DNA of 64,000 bases, from the NCBI GenBank assembly GCA_050949565.1, contig JBMNFY010000002.1:1-64000 (forward strand), given 5' to 3'. The notes beneath the pieces are model-generated. The model searched no databases. It worked only from the letters and a program-made list of their open reading frames with translations, and was not told where the DNA came from. Shown one piece after another: positions 9,796 through 19,045 of this stretch (positions are counted from its first letter, which is position 1; every line of letters begins with the position of its first letter). Both the position numbers and the translations under genes were made by a program. Source of the stretch: Kiritimatiellia bacterium (GTDB lineage Bacteria > Verrucomicrobiota > Kiritimatiellia > RFP12 > UBA1067).

Positions 9796-10788
9796 TTACA
9801 CCTCGGGTTTCATGTCGCGCGCCATCAATGTCTCGACGGCGGTACGGGCTGAAAAACTCTCGTAGCACACCGCATGGACGGCATCAGTGATCGGCATCTC
9901 TACGCCGTGTGTCTGGGCGAGTGAGTGGATGGCCCTCGCGTTCCAGACACCCTCAGCCACCATCTTCATGCTGCCGAGGATCGCCTCGATGTTCTCGCCG
10001 CGTCCGAGGCGTTCGCCGACCGCGTGGTTGCGGCTGTGGCGGCTGGTACAGGTGACAATCAAGTCGCCGACGCCGCTCAAGCCGGAAAAGGTCTCGGGAC
10101 GCGCGCCCAACGCGATACCGAAGCGTGTGATCTCGGCCAGTCCGCGTGTGATGAGTGCGGCCCGCGTGTTGTCGCCGAAACCGAGTCCGTCCGATGCGCC
10201 GACCGCGATGGCGATCACATTCTTGACGGCACCGCCGATCTCGACGCCCAGCGTGTCGGTCGAGGTATAGACGCGGAAGAGCGGTCCGTTGAAAAGCTGC
10301 TGCGCGCGTTGTGCGATTGCCTCGTCATCGGCGGCCGCCACCACGGCGGTCGGGATGCCGCGCGCGACTTCTTCTGCGTGGCTGGGACCCGAGAGCACCG
10401 CGATCGTGTCGAGCCCCAACGTCGACCGCGCGATCTCGCTCATGCGGCGGTGTGTCTTTTCGCAGAGACCTTTGGTCAGGCTAACGACCAGCGTGCCGGG
10501 GGTTGTGATCAGGCCGGCGAAGGACGCGCAGACCGAGGAGTAAAACTTAGAGGGCACAGCCAGCACCACAGCCTCGGCGCCGGCTACCGCGCCAGCCGGA
10601 TCAGCGATCCAGCGCAGGTCATCGGGCAGGGCGATGCCGGGCAGGTAGCGGCTGTTTTCGCGGCTTGCGCGTATCTCGTCGAGATACTCTGCGAAGGGGC
10701 CCCACAGCGTGACCCGGTGTCCGTACGAGTGTAGCAGCAGTCCGATGGCGGTCCCCCAGCCGCCGTCTCCGATGATGGTGATGTTCAT
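9796..10788 (-). CDS. gpsA: NAD(P)H-dependent glycerol-3-phosphate dehydrogenase
   Basis: GDGGWGTA, SGPSHAEEV, GGAVKNVIAIA, GVGDLIVTCTS.HSRN motifs. Confidence 0.97.
   Translation of the reverse strand: MNITIIGDGGWGTAIGLLLHSYGHRVTLWGPFAEYLDEIRASRENSRYLPGIALPDDLRWIADPAGAVAGAEAVVLAVPSKFYSSVCASFAGLITTPGTLVVSLTKGLCEKTHRRMSEIARSTLGLDTIAVLSGPSHAEEVARGIPTAVVAAADDEAIAQRAQQLFNGPLFRVYTSTDTLGVEIGGAVKNVIAIAVGASDGLGFGDNTRAALITRGLAEITRFGIALGARPETFSGLSGVGDLIVTCTSRHSRNHAVGERLGRGENIEAILGSMKMVAEGVWNARAIHSLAQTHGVEMPITDAVHAVCYESFSARTAVETLMARDMKPEV
9819..9849. repeat. 31-bp perfect direct repeat, copy 2 (inside gpsA 3' end)
   Basis: Identical to 7675-7705; encodes ARTAVETLMA. Confidence 0.95.
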
Positions 10789-11435
10789 GCTTTTCTCCTA
10801 AAGGTGAACCGTGACTCCGTGCCGGCGCGCAGCCGGGCGATGTTCGAGCGGTGTTTCCAGACGGCCAGCAAGGCGAGCAGGGTCAGGACCCCCGCGAACC
10901 AAGTGCCGTGTCGCGCGTGCAGCGCCAGCGGCCACCAGACTGCGATCGCCAGCGAGAGCGCCGCGCCGATCGAGGCGACCGAGACATAACGCGTGGTCAG
11001 GAAGAGCACCAGCCAGACGGCGAAGGCGATGCCTACGCCGGCAGGTGTGAGCCCCATCAGCAAACCCGCGCTGGTGGCGATCCCTTTGCCGCCTTTGAAT
11101 TTCAGAAAGCAGGACCAGTTATGGCCGACGACCGCTAGCGCTCCGCAGAAGACCGCCAGGCCCATGCCTTCCGTAGTGACACCCGTGACACGCGCAGCCA
11201 GTACCGGGATCAGCGTTACTCCGCAAAACCCTTTTAAAAAATCGAGCGCGAAGGTCAGCAGGCCCAGCGGCTTGCTGACCGCGCGAAAAACGTTGGTGGC
11301 ACCGATGTTGCCGCTGCCCAGTGTGCGGATGTCGTAGCCCTTGGCTCTTGCGATCAGGAAACCGAAGGGCACGGAACCCAGCAGGTAGGCGATCGCGCCA
11401 CCGAATAGCCAAGGCCAAAGATCGTGCGTTGTCAT
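10785..11435 (-). CDS. plsY: Glycerol-3-phosphate acyltransferase PlsY
   Basis: YLLGSVPFG, GSGNIGATN, FKGGKGIAT and KHRSNIARL motifs. Confidence 0.96.
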   Translation of the reverse strand: MTTHDLWPWLFGGAIAYLLGSVPFGFLIARAKGYDIRTLGSGNIGATNVFRAVSKPLGLLTFALDFLKGFCGVTLIPVLAARVTGVTTEGMGLAVFCGALAVVGHNWSCFLKFKGGKGIATSAGLLMGLTPAGVGIAFAVWLVLFLTTRYVSVASIGAALSLAIAVWWPLALHARHGTWFAGVLTLLALLAVWKHRSNIARLRAGTESRFTFRRKA

Positions 11436-11442
11436 ATTTCCC

Positions 11443-11451
11443 AGTGTAACA
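11443..11451 (-). promoter_or_regulatory. Extended -10 (TGTTACACT) for probable leaderless plsY-gpsA mRNA
   Basis: TGnTACACT 7 nt upstream of the ATG; no SD. Confidence 0.55.
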
Positions 11452-11486
11452 AACCAAGCCGAATGGTGAGAGGGGAAAATTTGGGG

Positions 11487-11521
11487 AGTTCATTAGTGCG
11501 TTAGTTCATTAGTGCGTTAGT
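11487..11521. repeat. 16-bp tandem duplication (agttcattagtgcgtt x2)
   Basis: Seen directly in the divergent intergenic region. Confidence 0.85.
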
Positions 11522-11573
11522 GGGTGTTGAAATCGGTCAAAAGCCAGAAAAAACGAAAATACAAAAATCCTGC

Positions 11574-11602
11574 TGGACGGGGAGCGGCGAATACAGTATA
11601 AA
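11574..11602 (+). promoter_or_regulatory. Putative sigma70 promoter
   Basis: TGGACG-17-TATAAA upstream of the alginate-export-family gene. Confidence 0.4.
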
Positions 11603-11679
11603 CGCGACGTTACTACTTGGAGAAACGAGGGTGCGTTGCGCTCCGTTGGTTGTTCATGCGAAAAAAGAAGAAGACACCT

Positions 11680-13095
11680 ATGAAAAGAGTACTCGGATTG
11701 ATGGTCTGTATGGGATTAGCGGGCGCGATGTGTGCCCGCGAGGCAGCACCGGCACCGGCGGGCGGCGCGCAGTCTCCGCAAGTCGTGCAGACAGAGAAGG
11801 GTGGCCTGGAATGGGATGGTGGCGCCGATCTTCGCGTACGCCAAGAACTGCACGACAATGTGCCGCAGTATAACGCCAATGGCGCGGTCTCTGGTGACCA
11901 GAGCTACCTGCGTATCCGTCCGCGAGTCTGGGGCCAAGTCAAGAACGAGGATTTCCGTCTCTACCTGCGCCTCGCCGACGAGTTCCGGGAGTACTTTCAG
12001 CCAAGCGAAAGTCGCCACTCCCAGTTTCCGGATGAAGTCATTGTGGATAACCTCTACCTCGATCTCTACGATCTCTTTAACGACCGGGTTGATCTGAGGA
12101 TCGGGCGTCAGGACTTCCTGGGGCCAGACGGTTATGGCGCAGGCCGCGTGTTGCTTGATGGCACGCAGGGCGACGGATCGCGCACGGCGTTCATGGACGC
12201 GATCCGGGCCACCGTCAAGATCGACGAAAAAAACACGCTGGACCTACTGGCAATCTACAACAAATCCGAAAACGAACTGAGTTGGGGCCATCCTAAAGGG
12301 ACGAGCGGCAGGGCGCCTAAGGAGCGCGACTTGACCTACAATGTGCCGGGTGCCACCGACATGGACGAGTATGGCGGCGGCCTGTATTTTAAATCGAAAG
12401 AGTGGAACGAATTTCCTTTCGATCTCTATTATCTGTTCAAGCGCGAGACCAAGGCACGCCTGGCTGGCCGCAAACTGCCGGGGCGCGACACGCATACCTT
12501 CGGGACGCGTTTGATGCCGAAACTCACCGAGACGCTTTCGGCTGAATTCGAAGGCGCGGCTCAGGCTGGAGAACGCGATGGCGGTAAGTCTGTCCGAGGC
12601 TACATGGGCTATGCCGGACTCACCTACAAGCCCGCCATCGAAAGTCACAAGCCGTTCGCCACCCTCGCATGTTACTACCTCTCCGGCGACCGCAACCACG
12701 GTACGGACAATAACGACACCTCATGGAATCCACTCTGGGCGCGGTGGCCGCAATACAGCGAGATGTTCCCTTATCACGACAGGGGTGTCTGCTACTGGTC
12801 CAATTTGATCTACCCGAGCGTCACGGTCGGCACCGCGTTTGCGAACGGCCACAAGGTGAATTTCAATGCAGGCCCGATGTTTGCGGCGGCCGAAGACGGG
12901 ATGGGCGGTGGCAGCGGTGATTTCCGCGGCTGGTTCGGCATGGCGCGTTATGACTTCCCGTTGCTCCGGAAGATCTTCGGCAAGCGTGGCGATCTCACAG
13001 GACATGTGACCGCCGAACTGCTCGATCCCGGCGACTACTATGTTTCCGATACCGTCGCCTATTTCTTGCGGTGGGAGGTCATCGCGCGCTTCTGA
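11680..13095 (+). CDS. Alginate export family outer-membrane beta-barrel protein
   Basis: Signal peptide, DLRVRQE, LRIGRQD, YLSGD motifs and terminal Phe (EVIARF). Confidence 0.8.
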   Translation: MKRVLGLMVCMGLAGAMCAREAAPAPAGGAQSPQVVQTEKGGLEWDGGADLRVRQELHDNVPQYNANGAVSGDQSYLRIRPRVWGQVKNEDFRLYLRLADEFREYFQPSESRHSQFPDEVIVDNLYLDLYDLFNDRVDLRIGRQDFLGPDGYGAGRVLLDGTQGDGSRTAFMDAIRATVKIDEKNTLDLLAIYNKSENELSWGHPKGTSGRAPKERDLTYNVPGATDMDEYGGGLYFKSKEWNEFPFDLYYLFKRETKARLAGRKLPGRDTHTFGTRLMPKLTETLSAEFEGAAQAGERDGGKSVRGYMGYAGLTYKPAIESHKPFATLACYYLSGDRNHGTDNNDTSWNPLWARWPQYSEMFPYHDRGVCYWSNLIYPSVTVGTAFANGHKVNFNAGPMFAAAEDGMGGGSGDFRGWFGMARYDFPLLRKIFGKRGDLTGHVTAELLDPGDYYVSDTVAYFLRWEVIARF

Positions 13096-13099
13096 GGAA

Positions 13100-13317
13100 C
13101 CTCACACGAAGACACAAGGGCGAACGTCCCCACGAGCCACCTTCCGCGCCGCGCGCGGAGTAGGCCAGTGAGGATTTAGGAGTTATGGTTTGTTTCCCGC
13201 TTCGACGTTGGGCGTTCTGCGTTCGACGTTCGGTGTTCACAGAAGAGGGCGTCGCTCCGCAAGCCTAGTCGCAGGACGGGAGGGACGAGCGTCTGCTCGT
13301 CCTTGCTCTGCCCTTCC
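13100..13317. repeat. Intergenic mosaic of REP and short tandem repeats
   Basis: ctcacacgaagacac, gggcgaacgtccccacgagcc, ggatttagg, (cgttcga)-type heptamers and a GGGAGGG REP half. Confidence 0.7.
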
Positions 13318-13325
13318 GATGACAT

Positions 13326-13664
13326 CTAAGGCCCTGTAAACACTTTCTCCACTTTGTAGTTCTCTAGTTTCATGGCAGGATCAAAAACAAATTCTGTGGT
13401 AATTGAGGCCGTGGTCATCCCCCTCTTCTCAACGTCTCTGAAAATAGCGTAAATCTTGCACTCTTTGGCAACCCAACTGTGCTCGATGTTCTCGGTGGTC
13501 AAAAACTTTTTTACATCATCAACATGCATTCCTACAGATATGTTTTTGTCCAACCAAGAGCTTACACGGCCGACTGTTATAGGCTGCGTATCAGAACCCT
13601 TTTCCGTGCAGCCGCAAAAAAGCATCAGGAATGCAAAAAACACCAGCCGCATACTATGACTCAT
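13326..13664 (-). CDS. Hypothetical lipoprotein
   Basis: Hydrophobic N-terminus ending LFCG-C (lipobox-like); markedly AT-rich. Confidence 0.6.
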   Translation of the reverse strand: MSHSMRLVFFAFLMLFCGCTEKGSDTQPITVGRVSSWLDKNISVGMHVDDVKKFLTTENIEHSWVAKECKIYAIFRDVEKRGMTTASITTEFVFDPAMKLENYKVEKVFTGP

Positions 13665-14014
13665 CAGGCTATTATCCCTTCAAAGCGGATTCATTGTTTC
13701 ATCGCGCATCTTTTACGCTTTCCGCGTGGCATCATTGCGCCGCCGAGAAACAGGTGGGGACATTATTGCATATTCCGAGGCGGGACGGATGGAGAAAATG
13801 ATATCAGCCCTGAAAGAGGGGGACTGGGAACTAAGAGTGTTTCCGCGCCGCACACGGCACAAACTTTATGCGCCCGCGCAGCGGGAAATCATGTCAATGA
13901 TGTCAATCATGTCTAAAAAAACACGATCTTCGCGCACCCCCGCCACTAGCCGATTTTCAGGTTTGATCGTGACGACGCGGACGGTGTGATGTACACTCAC
14001 CAACATTAAACGAA

Positions 14015-15403
14015 ATGAAACGGAGCAAGCAAAAGACAGCCTTGGAGAAGTTCGCGGCCACGGACGCGATCCTTGAGAGCATTTCTGATGGCGTGTTTAC
14101 GGTGGACGGCGAGTGGCGCGTAAGGTCGTTCAACCGTGCGGCGGAAACAATCACTGGCGTGCCACGCGAGGAAGCAATCGGGCGGCGCTGCGATGAGGTG
14201 TTCCGCTCCAGCCTTTGCGGCGCGGAGTGCGCGTTGCAGCAGACCATGCAGACGGGGCGGCCGATCATCGGAAAGTCGGCGTACATCGTCACCGCCGAAG
14301 GCGAACGGATACCGATCAGCATTTCCACGGCGGTGCTTAAAGATGCGGACGGGAAGGTAATCGGCGGCGCGGAGGTCTTTCGTGACCTGTCGGAAGTGGA
14401 TGCGCTGCGCCAAGAGCTTGCGGGACGTTTTCACGCGGGCGACCTTGTCAGTCGCAGTCCGGTGATGCAGCGCTTGTTCGAGGTGCTGCCGGCCATTGCG
14501 GCCAGTCCGAGCACGGTGCTGATCCAGGGCGAGACCGGCACGGGCAAGGAACTCGTGGCCCGGACGATACACGAGCTGAGCCCGCGTAAGGATGCGCCGT
14601 TTGTGGCGGTCAACTGCGGTGCGCTGCCCGATACGCTGCTGGAGTCGGAACTGTTCGGCTACAAGGCGGGCGCGTTCACCGGCGCGACCAAGAACAAGCC
14701 GGGACGCTTCGCGCTGGCCAAGGGCGGCACCCTGTTGCTGGATGAGATCGGCGAGGTGAGCCCAGCGCTTCAGATACGTCTGCTGCGCGTACTACAGGAG
14801 CGCGTCTATGAGCCGCTGGGGGCAACGCGTTCGGAGAAGGCGGACGTGCGCGTGATCGCGGCCACGAACCGGGATCTTTTGGCACTCAGCCAAGAGGGGA
14901 CATTTCGCGAAGACCTCTACTACCGTATCAACGTGGTGCGTGTGGAACTGCCGCCGTTGCGTCGGCGTAAAGAGGACATCCCGCTACTGGTGGAGCAGTT
15001 CATCGCGCGGTTCAACCGGGTGCAGGGAAAAGATGTGATGGGCATCAACAATGAGGCGCTCTCCCTCTTGATGGCCTACGATTGGCCGGGCAATGTGCGG
15101 GAGTTAGAGAACGCGATTGAGCACGCATTCATTCTTTGTTCATCGGGGCGCATCGGGCTTGCCCATCTGCCGGAAATACTGACAGGCGCGACGCGTGATT
15201 CGTCTGCCGACGGCGGTCTGCGTGCCGCCCGCGATACGCTTGACGCACAGGCGATCAGCGCGGCGCTGGAACGCACCGGCGGCAACCGCGCCGCAGCGGC
15301 ACGCGAACTCGGCATCCACTCGTCCACGCTGTTCCGCAAGATGCGCGCGCTGAATATCCAGCCGCCGGAGCGCGACGGGCGGTCGCGCCGGAAGACGCGG
15401 TGA
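14015..15403 (+). CDS. PAS-domain sigma54-dependent activator (OrpR-like, Fis HTH)
   Basis: PAS domain with C-x8-C-x3-C; [27 protein letters not shown] and WPGNVREL motifs; C-terminal HTH. Confidence 0.93.
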   Translation: MKRSKQKTALEKFAATDAILESISDGVFTVDGEWRVRSFNRAAETITGVPREEAIGRRCDEVFRSSLCGAECALQQTMQTGRPIIGKSAYIVTAEGERIPISISTAVLKDADGKVIGGAEVFRDLSEVDALRQELAGRFHAGDLVSRSPVMQRLFEVLPAIAASPSTVLIQGETGTGKELVARTIHELSPRKDAPFVAVNCGALPDTLLESELFGYKAGAFTGATKNKPGRFALAKGGTLLLDEIGEVSPALQIRLLRVLQERVYEPLGATRSEKADVRVIAATNRDLLALSQEGTFREDLYYRINVVRVELPPLRRRKEDIPLLVEQFIARFNRVQGKDVMGINNEALSLLMAYDWPGNVRELENAIEHAFILCSSGRIGLAHLPEILTGATRDSSADGGLRAARDTLDAQAISAALERTGGNRAAAARELGIHSSTLFRKMRALNIQPPERDGRSRRKTR

Positions 15404-15424
15404 GAAGCATGCTGGGGGGGCTCT

Positions 15425-15468
15425 GCGGCGGCGTTTACGCCGCCCCACGGGCAAGATGCCCGTGCCAC
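15425..15468. repeat. Two abutting REP palindromes (GTGG-type)
   Basis: ggcggcgtttacgccgccccac (related copy at about 29146-29168) fused to cacgggcaagatgcccgtgccac (also inside the MITEs at 16044 and 17608). Confidence 0.8.
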
Positions 15469-15493
15469 ACCGCCGCTTAATCGCCATCATCAT

Positions 15494-15540
15494 TGCAAGA
15501 TTGCAGTGATTAAAAAGCAATAACCATGCAATCATGCGCA
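15494..15540 (+). promoter_or_regulatory. Candidate enhancer (UAS) sites for the sigma54 activator
   Basis: TGCA-N4-TGCA palindrome at 15494-15505 and a related tgcaatcatgcgca, about 100-135 bp upstream of the -24/-12 element. Confidence 0.5.
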
Positions 15541-15627
15541 TGTACACGGGCATCACAAAGAAAGTTTACATACCGTAACACATTGCTGGGCAAGGGGTTG
15601 CATAGTTTATTGCGCCATCTCTACAGT

Positions 15628-15642
15628 TGGCATAAATGGTGC
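15628..15642 (+). promoter_or_regulatory. sigma54 (-24/-12) promoter
   Basis: TGGCATAAATGGTGC gives GG-N10-GC, directly downstream of a bEBP gene and upstream of the operon. Confidence 0.8.
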
Positions 15643-15655
15643 GGTATAAGCTGGC

Positions 15656-16036
15656 GTGAAAACTGTATTCTCAGTTTGGCAGCAACGCATCGCGCCGGTT
15701 TTCGACACGGCGCGACAGGTCCACTTGGTGGATGCGGCGGGCGGTCGAATCACGGCGGAGTCGGATCATGAAGTGGATGCCGACCTGTCGCAGCGGATCG
15801 CCTGGCTGAAAGCGCGGGACGTGGGCACGGTGGTCTGCGGCGCGATCTCGCGGCCGTGGCAGGAACGACTGGAGGCCGCCGGGTTGACGGTCGTTCCGTT
15901 CGTGTCGGGCGAGCTTGCGGAGGTGATGCAAGCGTGGCTGGACGGCACCTTGCGCGGAACGGCGTTTGCGATGCCGGGATGTTGCGGTCGTCGGCGCATG
16001 CGCTGCGGTCGCGGGCGCGGAAGAAGGCGATTTTAA
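15656..16036 (+). CDS. NifB/NifX (FeMo-co biosynthesis domain/ORP) family protein
   Basis: RIAPVFDTA and VVCGAIS motifs; C-terminal MPGCCGRRR tail. Confidence 0.85.
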   Translation: MKTVFSVWQQRIAPVFDTARQVHLVDAAGGRITAESDHEVDADLSQRIAWLKARDVGTVVCGAISRPWQERLEAAGLTVVPFVSGELAEVMQAWLDGTLRGTAFAMPGCCGRRRMRCGRGRGRRRF

Positions 16037-16043
16037 AAACAAA

Positions 16044-16142
16044 AGGTTCTTGCAAACCCCTCGTGGCATGGGCGTCCCGCCCATGAAACACGGGCAAGAT
16101 GCCCGTGCCACACCTGCAAGTAAGAGGTTTTGCAAGAGCCTC
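16044..16142. mobile_element. About 100-bp MITE-like element containing two REP hairpins, copy 1
   Basis: Terminal IRs aggttcttgcaaa / ttttgcaagagcctc; near-identical inverted copy at 17608-17710. Confidence 0.75.
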
Positions 16143-16163
16143 ACGAAAGAAAGGAGCAAGAAA

Positions 16164-16424
16164 ATGCCGAGAGGAAATGGTAGGGGACCCCAGGGTATGG
16201 GACCGATGACGGGACGCGGGGCGGGAGTCTGCGCGGGATTTGGTACGCCGGGGTATGGCAATCGAGCGGGTGGCGGCTTTGGTTTCGGCGGTGGCTTCGG
16301 CTGCGGTCGGGGCGGCGGGCGCGGCGGCTTTGGTCGCGGGTACAGAAACATGTTCTGCGCCACCGGTCAGCCGGGCTGGGCGCGTTTCGGCGGTGCTGGA
16401 GCGGCGGAGGGAAAGCAGACATGA
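16164..16424 (+). CDS. DUF5320 family Gly-rich protein
   Basis: MPRGNGRGPQGMGPMTGRGAGVC signature; AAGGAG RBS. Confidence 0.88.
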   Translation: MPRGNGRGPQGMGPMTGRGAGVCAGFGTPGYGNRAGGGFGFGGGFGCGRGGGRGGFGRGYRNMFCATGQPGWARFGGAGAAEGKQT

Positions 16425-16783
16425 AGATTGCATTTTCGACATCTGGCAACGATCTTAACGCGCCGCTGGACATGCGCTTTGGACGGGCCGCGAAATTTCT
16501 GGTTTATGACACCGAGACCCAGGCGTTCACGCTGGTGGACAACACGCAGAACATGAGTGCTGCGCAGGGCGCGGGCATTCAGGCCGCGCAGAATGTTGCG
16601 GCGGCTGGTGCGCAGGCGGTGGTGTCTGGCCATTGCGGTCCCAAGGCGTTCCGCATGCTTTCGACGGCAAACATCAAAGTCTACACGTCGAATGCCGCGA
16701 CTGTGGCGGAGGCGCTGTCGCAGTTTCAGGCCGGCGCGTTGACCGAGCTCACGGCAGCGAATGTGGATGGGCACTGGGCGTAA
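16421..16783 (+). CDS. Orange-protein-like NifB/NifX family protein
   Basis: D.RFGRA, GAGIQAAQ and GHCGPKAF motifs typical of ORP. Confidence 0.88.
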   Translation: MKIAFSTSGNDLNAPLDMRFGRAAKFLVYDTETQAFTLVDNTQNMSAAQGAGIQAAQNVAAAGAQAVVSGHCGPKAFRMLSTANIKVYTSNAATVAEALSQFQAGALTELTAANVDGHWA

Positions 16784-16787
16784 CCGT

Positions 16788-17717
16788 ATGATTATCGCAG
16801 TGGCATCCGGAAAAGGCGGGACCGGCAAGACGACCGTGGCGGCCAATCTGGCGCGTGTGCGCGGTGACGTGACGCTGCTGGATTGCGACGTGGAGGAGCC
16901 GAACGTCCACCTGTTCATCAGCGGTGAGCCGCAGGGTGAGCCGGAGGTCGTGTCGCTTCTCGTGCCGGAGGTGGATGAAAGCCGCTGTGACGGCTGCGCG
17001 GCCTGTTCGAACTTCTGCGCATTCAAGGCGCTGGCTGTGCTGGACAAGCGTGTGCTGGTCTTCGCGGAGATGTGTCACGGATGCGGCGGCTGTGCGCGGG
17101 TGTGTCCGCAGGACGCGATCCGCGAAGTACCGAAGCGTATGGGCGTCGTGGAGACGATGGGCGCGGACGGGGTGACCGTGGTGCAGGGTCGGCTCGATGT
17201 GGGCGTGGCCATGGCGCCGCCGCTGGTGCGCGCGGTCAAGGCGCATATCCCGAAAACGGGGGATGCGATTCTGGATGCGCCGCCCGGCACCTCGTGTCCG
17301 GTTGTCGCCACATTGCGCGAAACCGATTTCGTGGTGCTGGTGACCGAGCCGACGCCCTTTGGACTGAATGACCTGAAGTTGGCCGTGGAGGTCGTGCGCG
17401 AGTTGGGACTGCCGTTCGGTGTGGTGGTCAACCGTGCTGACAGCAGCGATGACCGCGTGGCGACCTATTGTCGCGAGGCTTCGATTCCGATCTTGGCCGA
17501 GATACCGGATGATCGCCGTGTGGCGGAAGCCTACTCGCGCGGCGAACTGATGGTTGACGCGCTGCCGGAATACCGTTCACTCTTTGAACAGCTTTACACG
17601 GACATCGTGAGGCTCTTGCAAAACCCTTTGATTGCAGGTGTAGCACGGGCATCTTGCCCGTGTTTCATGGGCGGGACGCCCATGCCACGAGGGGCTCTGC
17701 AAGGGCCTCATTGTTAA
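16788..17717 (+). CDS. MinD-superfamily P-loop ATPase with inserted ferredoxin domain (COG1149), copy 1
   Basis: SGKGGTGKT, DCDVEEPN, two 4Fe-4S motifs, DAPPGTSCPV and VTEPTPFG; the last ~33 aa come from a MITE. Confidence 0.92.
   Translation: MIIAVASGKGGTGKTTVAANLARVRGDVTLLDCDVEEPNVHLFISGEPQGEPEVVSLLVPEVDESRCDGCAACSNFCAFKALAVLDKRVLVFAEMCHGCGGCARVCPQDAIREVPKRMGVVETMGADGVTVVQGRLDVGVAMAPPLVRAVKAHIPKTGDAILDAPPGTSCPVVATLRETDFVVLVTEPTPFGLNDLKLAVEVVRELGLPFGVVVNRADSSDDRVATYCREASIPILAEIPDDRRVAEAYSRGELMVDALPEYRSLFEQLYTDIVRLLQNPLIAGVARASCPCFMGGTPMPRGALQGPHC
17608..17710. mobile_element. About 100-bp MITE-like element, copy 2 (inverted; read in frame into the ATPase C-terminus)
   Basis: TIRs tgaggctcttgca / tgcaagggcctca; interior matches the reverse complement of 16044-16142. 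Confidence 0.78.
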
Positions 17718-17759
17718 CCAGTGGAATGACGCGAAAGCATTGTGTGGAAGCGAGGTGAG

Positions 17760-18653
17760 ATGATGTCGGCGGCGATTCAAGAGTGTGTGATTATCAGCGG
17801 CAAGGGCGGCACAGGCAAGACCAGTGTGACCGCTTCCTTCGCGGTGCTCGCGACGGGGCGTGCCGTGTTGGCCGATTGCGATGTGGACGCGGCGGACCTG
17901 CATCTGGTGCTGACGCCCAAGATGATTACGAAGGCAGATTTCAAGAGCGGCAATGAGGCCGTGATCCGTAGCGAAGCCTGCACCGGATGCGGGACGTGCG
18001 TTGAATTGTGTCGCTTTGAGGCGATTCGCTGTGTGAGGCGTCCTGATGGTAAAACCCGCTGTGAGGTTGATCCGATCGCCTGTGAGGGGTGCGGCGTGTG
18101 TGTGCGCTTCTGTCCGGAAAAGGCGGTCGATTTCCCTGAGCGGCTTTGCGGCGAATGGATGTTTTCGGAGACGCGCTGCGGCCCTATGGTTCATGCCCGC
18201 CTGAGCATTGCGGCGGAAAATTCCGGCAAGCTGGTGGCGACGGTCCGGCAGGAAGCGCGTCGCGTGGCGGAAGAGCGCGGTCTGTCCTTGATTATTACCG
18301 ATGGCCCTCCCGGCATCGGATGTCCGGTGATTGCCTCCGTGTCCGGCGCGGACCGCGTGTTGGTGGTGACGGAGCCGACGGTCTCCGGCGAGCATGATCT
18401 GGAGCGTGTGTTGAAGTTGGCGCGGCATTTCGCAATACCCGCCTTTGTGTGCGTCAACAAGTGGGACATCAATCCCGAGATGACCGAGCGGATCGAGCAG
18501 ACGGCGCGGAAGGCGGGCGCGACGGTTGCCGGACGTATCCGCTACGACCGCGCGGTCACGTCTGCGCAGCGCGCGGAACAGGCGGTCGTCGAGATCGACG
18601 CGCCGTCGGCTGACGACGTGCGTGCCGTGTGGCGGCAGATGGGTTTCGAGTGA
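17760..18653 (+). CDS. MinD-superfamily P-loop ATPase with inserted ferredoxin domain (COG1149), copy 2
   Basis: SGKGGTGKT, DCDVDAADL, CTGCGTC, CEGCGVC, ENSGKLV and DGPPGIGCPVIAS. Confidence 0.92.
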   Translation: MMSAAIQECVIISGKGGTGKTSVTASFAVLATGRAVLADCDVDAADLHLVLTPKMITKADFKSGNEAVIRSEACTGCGTCVELCRFEAIRCVRRPDGKTRCEVDPIACEGCGVCVRFCPEKAVDFPERLCGEWMFSETRCGPMVHARLSIAAENSGKLVATVRQEARRVAEERGLSLIITDGPPGIGCPVIASVSGADRVLVVTEPTVSGEHDLERVLKLARHFAIPAFVCVNKWDINPEMTERIEQTARKAGATVAGRIRYDRAVTSAQRAEQAVVEIDAPSADDVRAVWRQMGFE

Positions 18654-18671
18654 AAGGAAAACAGAACAGAC

Positions 18672-19025
18672 ATGAGTAAGACAAGTATCAGAATCGCGAT
18701 CCCTCTGGCTGAGGGGCAACTGTGCATGCATTTCGGACACTGCGAGCGTTTCGCGCTGCTGGACGTGGATTTGGACGCGCGCGCAATCACCGCCCGCGAA
18801 GACCTCACACCGCCGCCGCATGAGCCCGGAGTGTTGCCGCGCTGGCTGGCCGAGCAGGGCGTCGGTCTAGTCCTGGCGGGCGGTATGGGGCAACGTGCGA
18901 TGGCGCTTTTCGCCGAAAAGAATATCCGCGTGGTCGTCGGTCTCACGCCGGATGCCCCAGAGCGGCTGGTAGAGCAGTATCTGGAAGGCACGCTGAAACC
19001 GGGCGCGAATGTCTGCGACCACTGA
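18672..19025 (+). CDS. NifB/NifX family protein (MJ0327-like)
   Basis: HFGHCE.F, PPHEPG.LP.WL, GGMG and C-terminal N.CDH motifs. Confidence 0.88.
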   Translation: MSKTSIRIAIPLAEGQLCMHFGHCERFALLDVDLDARAITAREDLTPPPHEPGVLPRWLAEQGVGLVLAGGMGQRAMALFAEKNIRVVVGLTPDAPERLVEQYLEGTLKPGANVCDH

Positions 19026-19045
19026 GGACGCAGACGGGGGAGGGA

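Noticed and set aside
15656-19025. Nitrogen fixation inferred from NifB/NifX-domain genes
   Set aside because: No nifHDK/ENB is present; these small domains are typical of ORP-type clusters.
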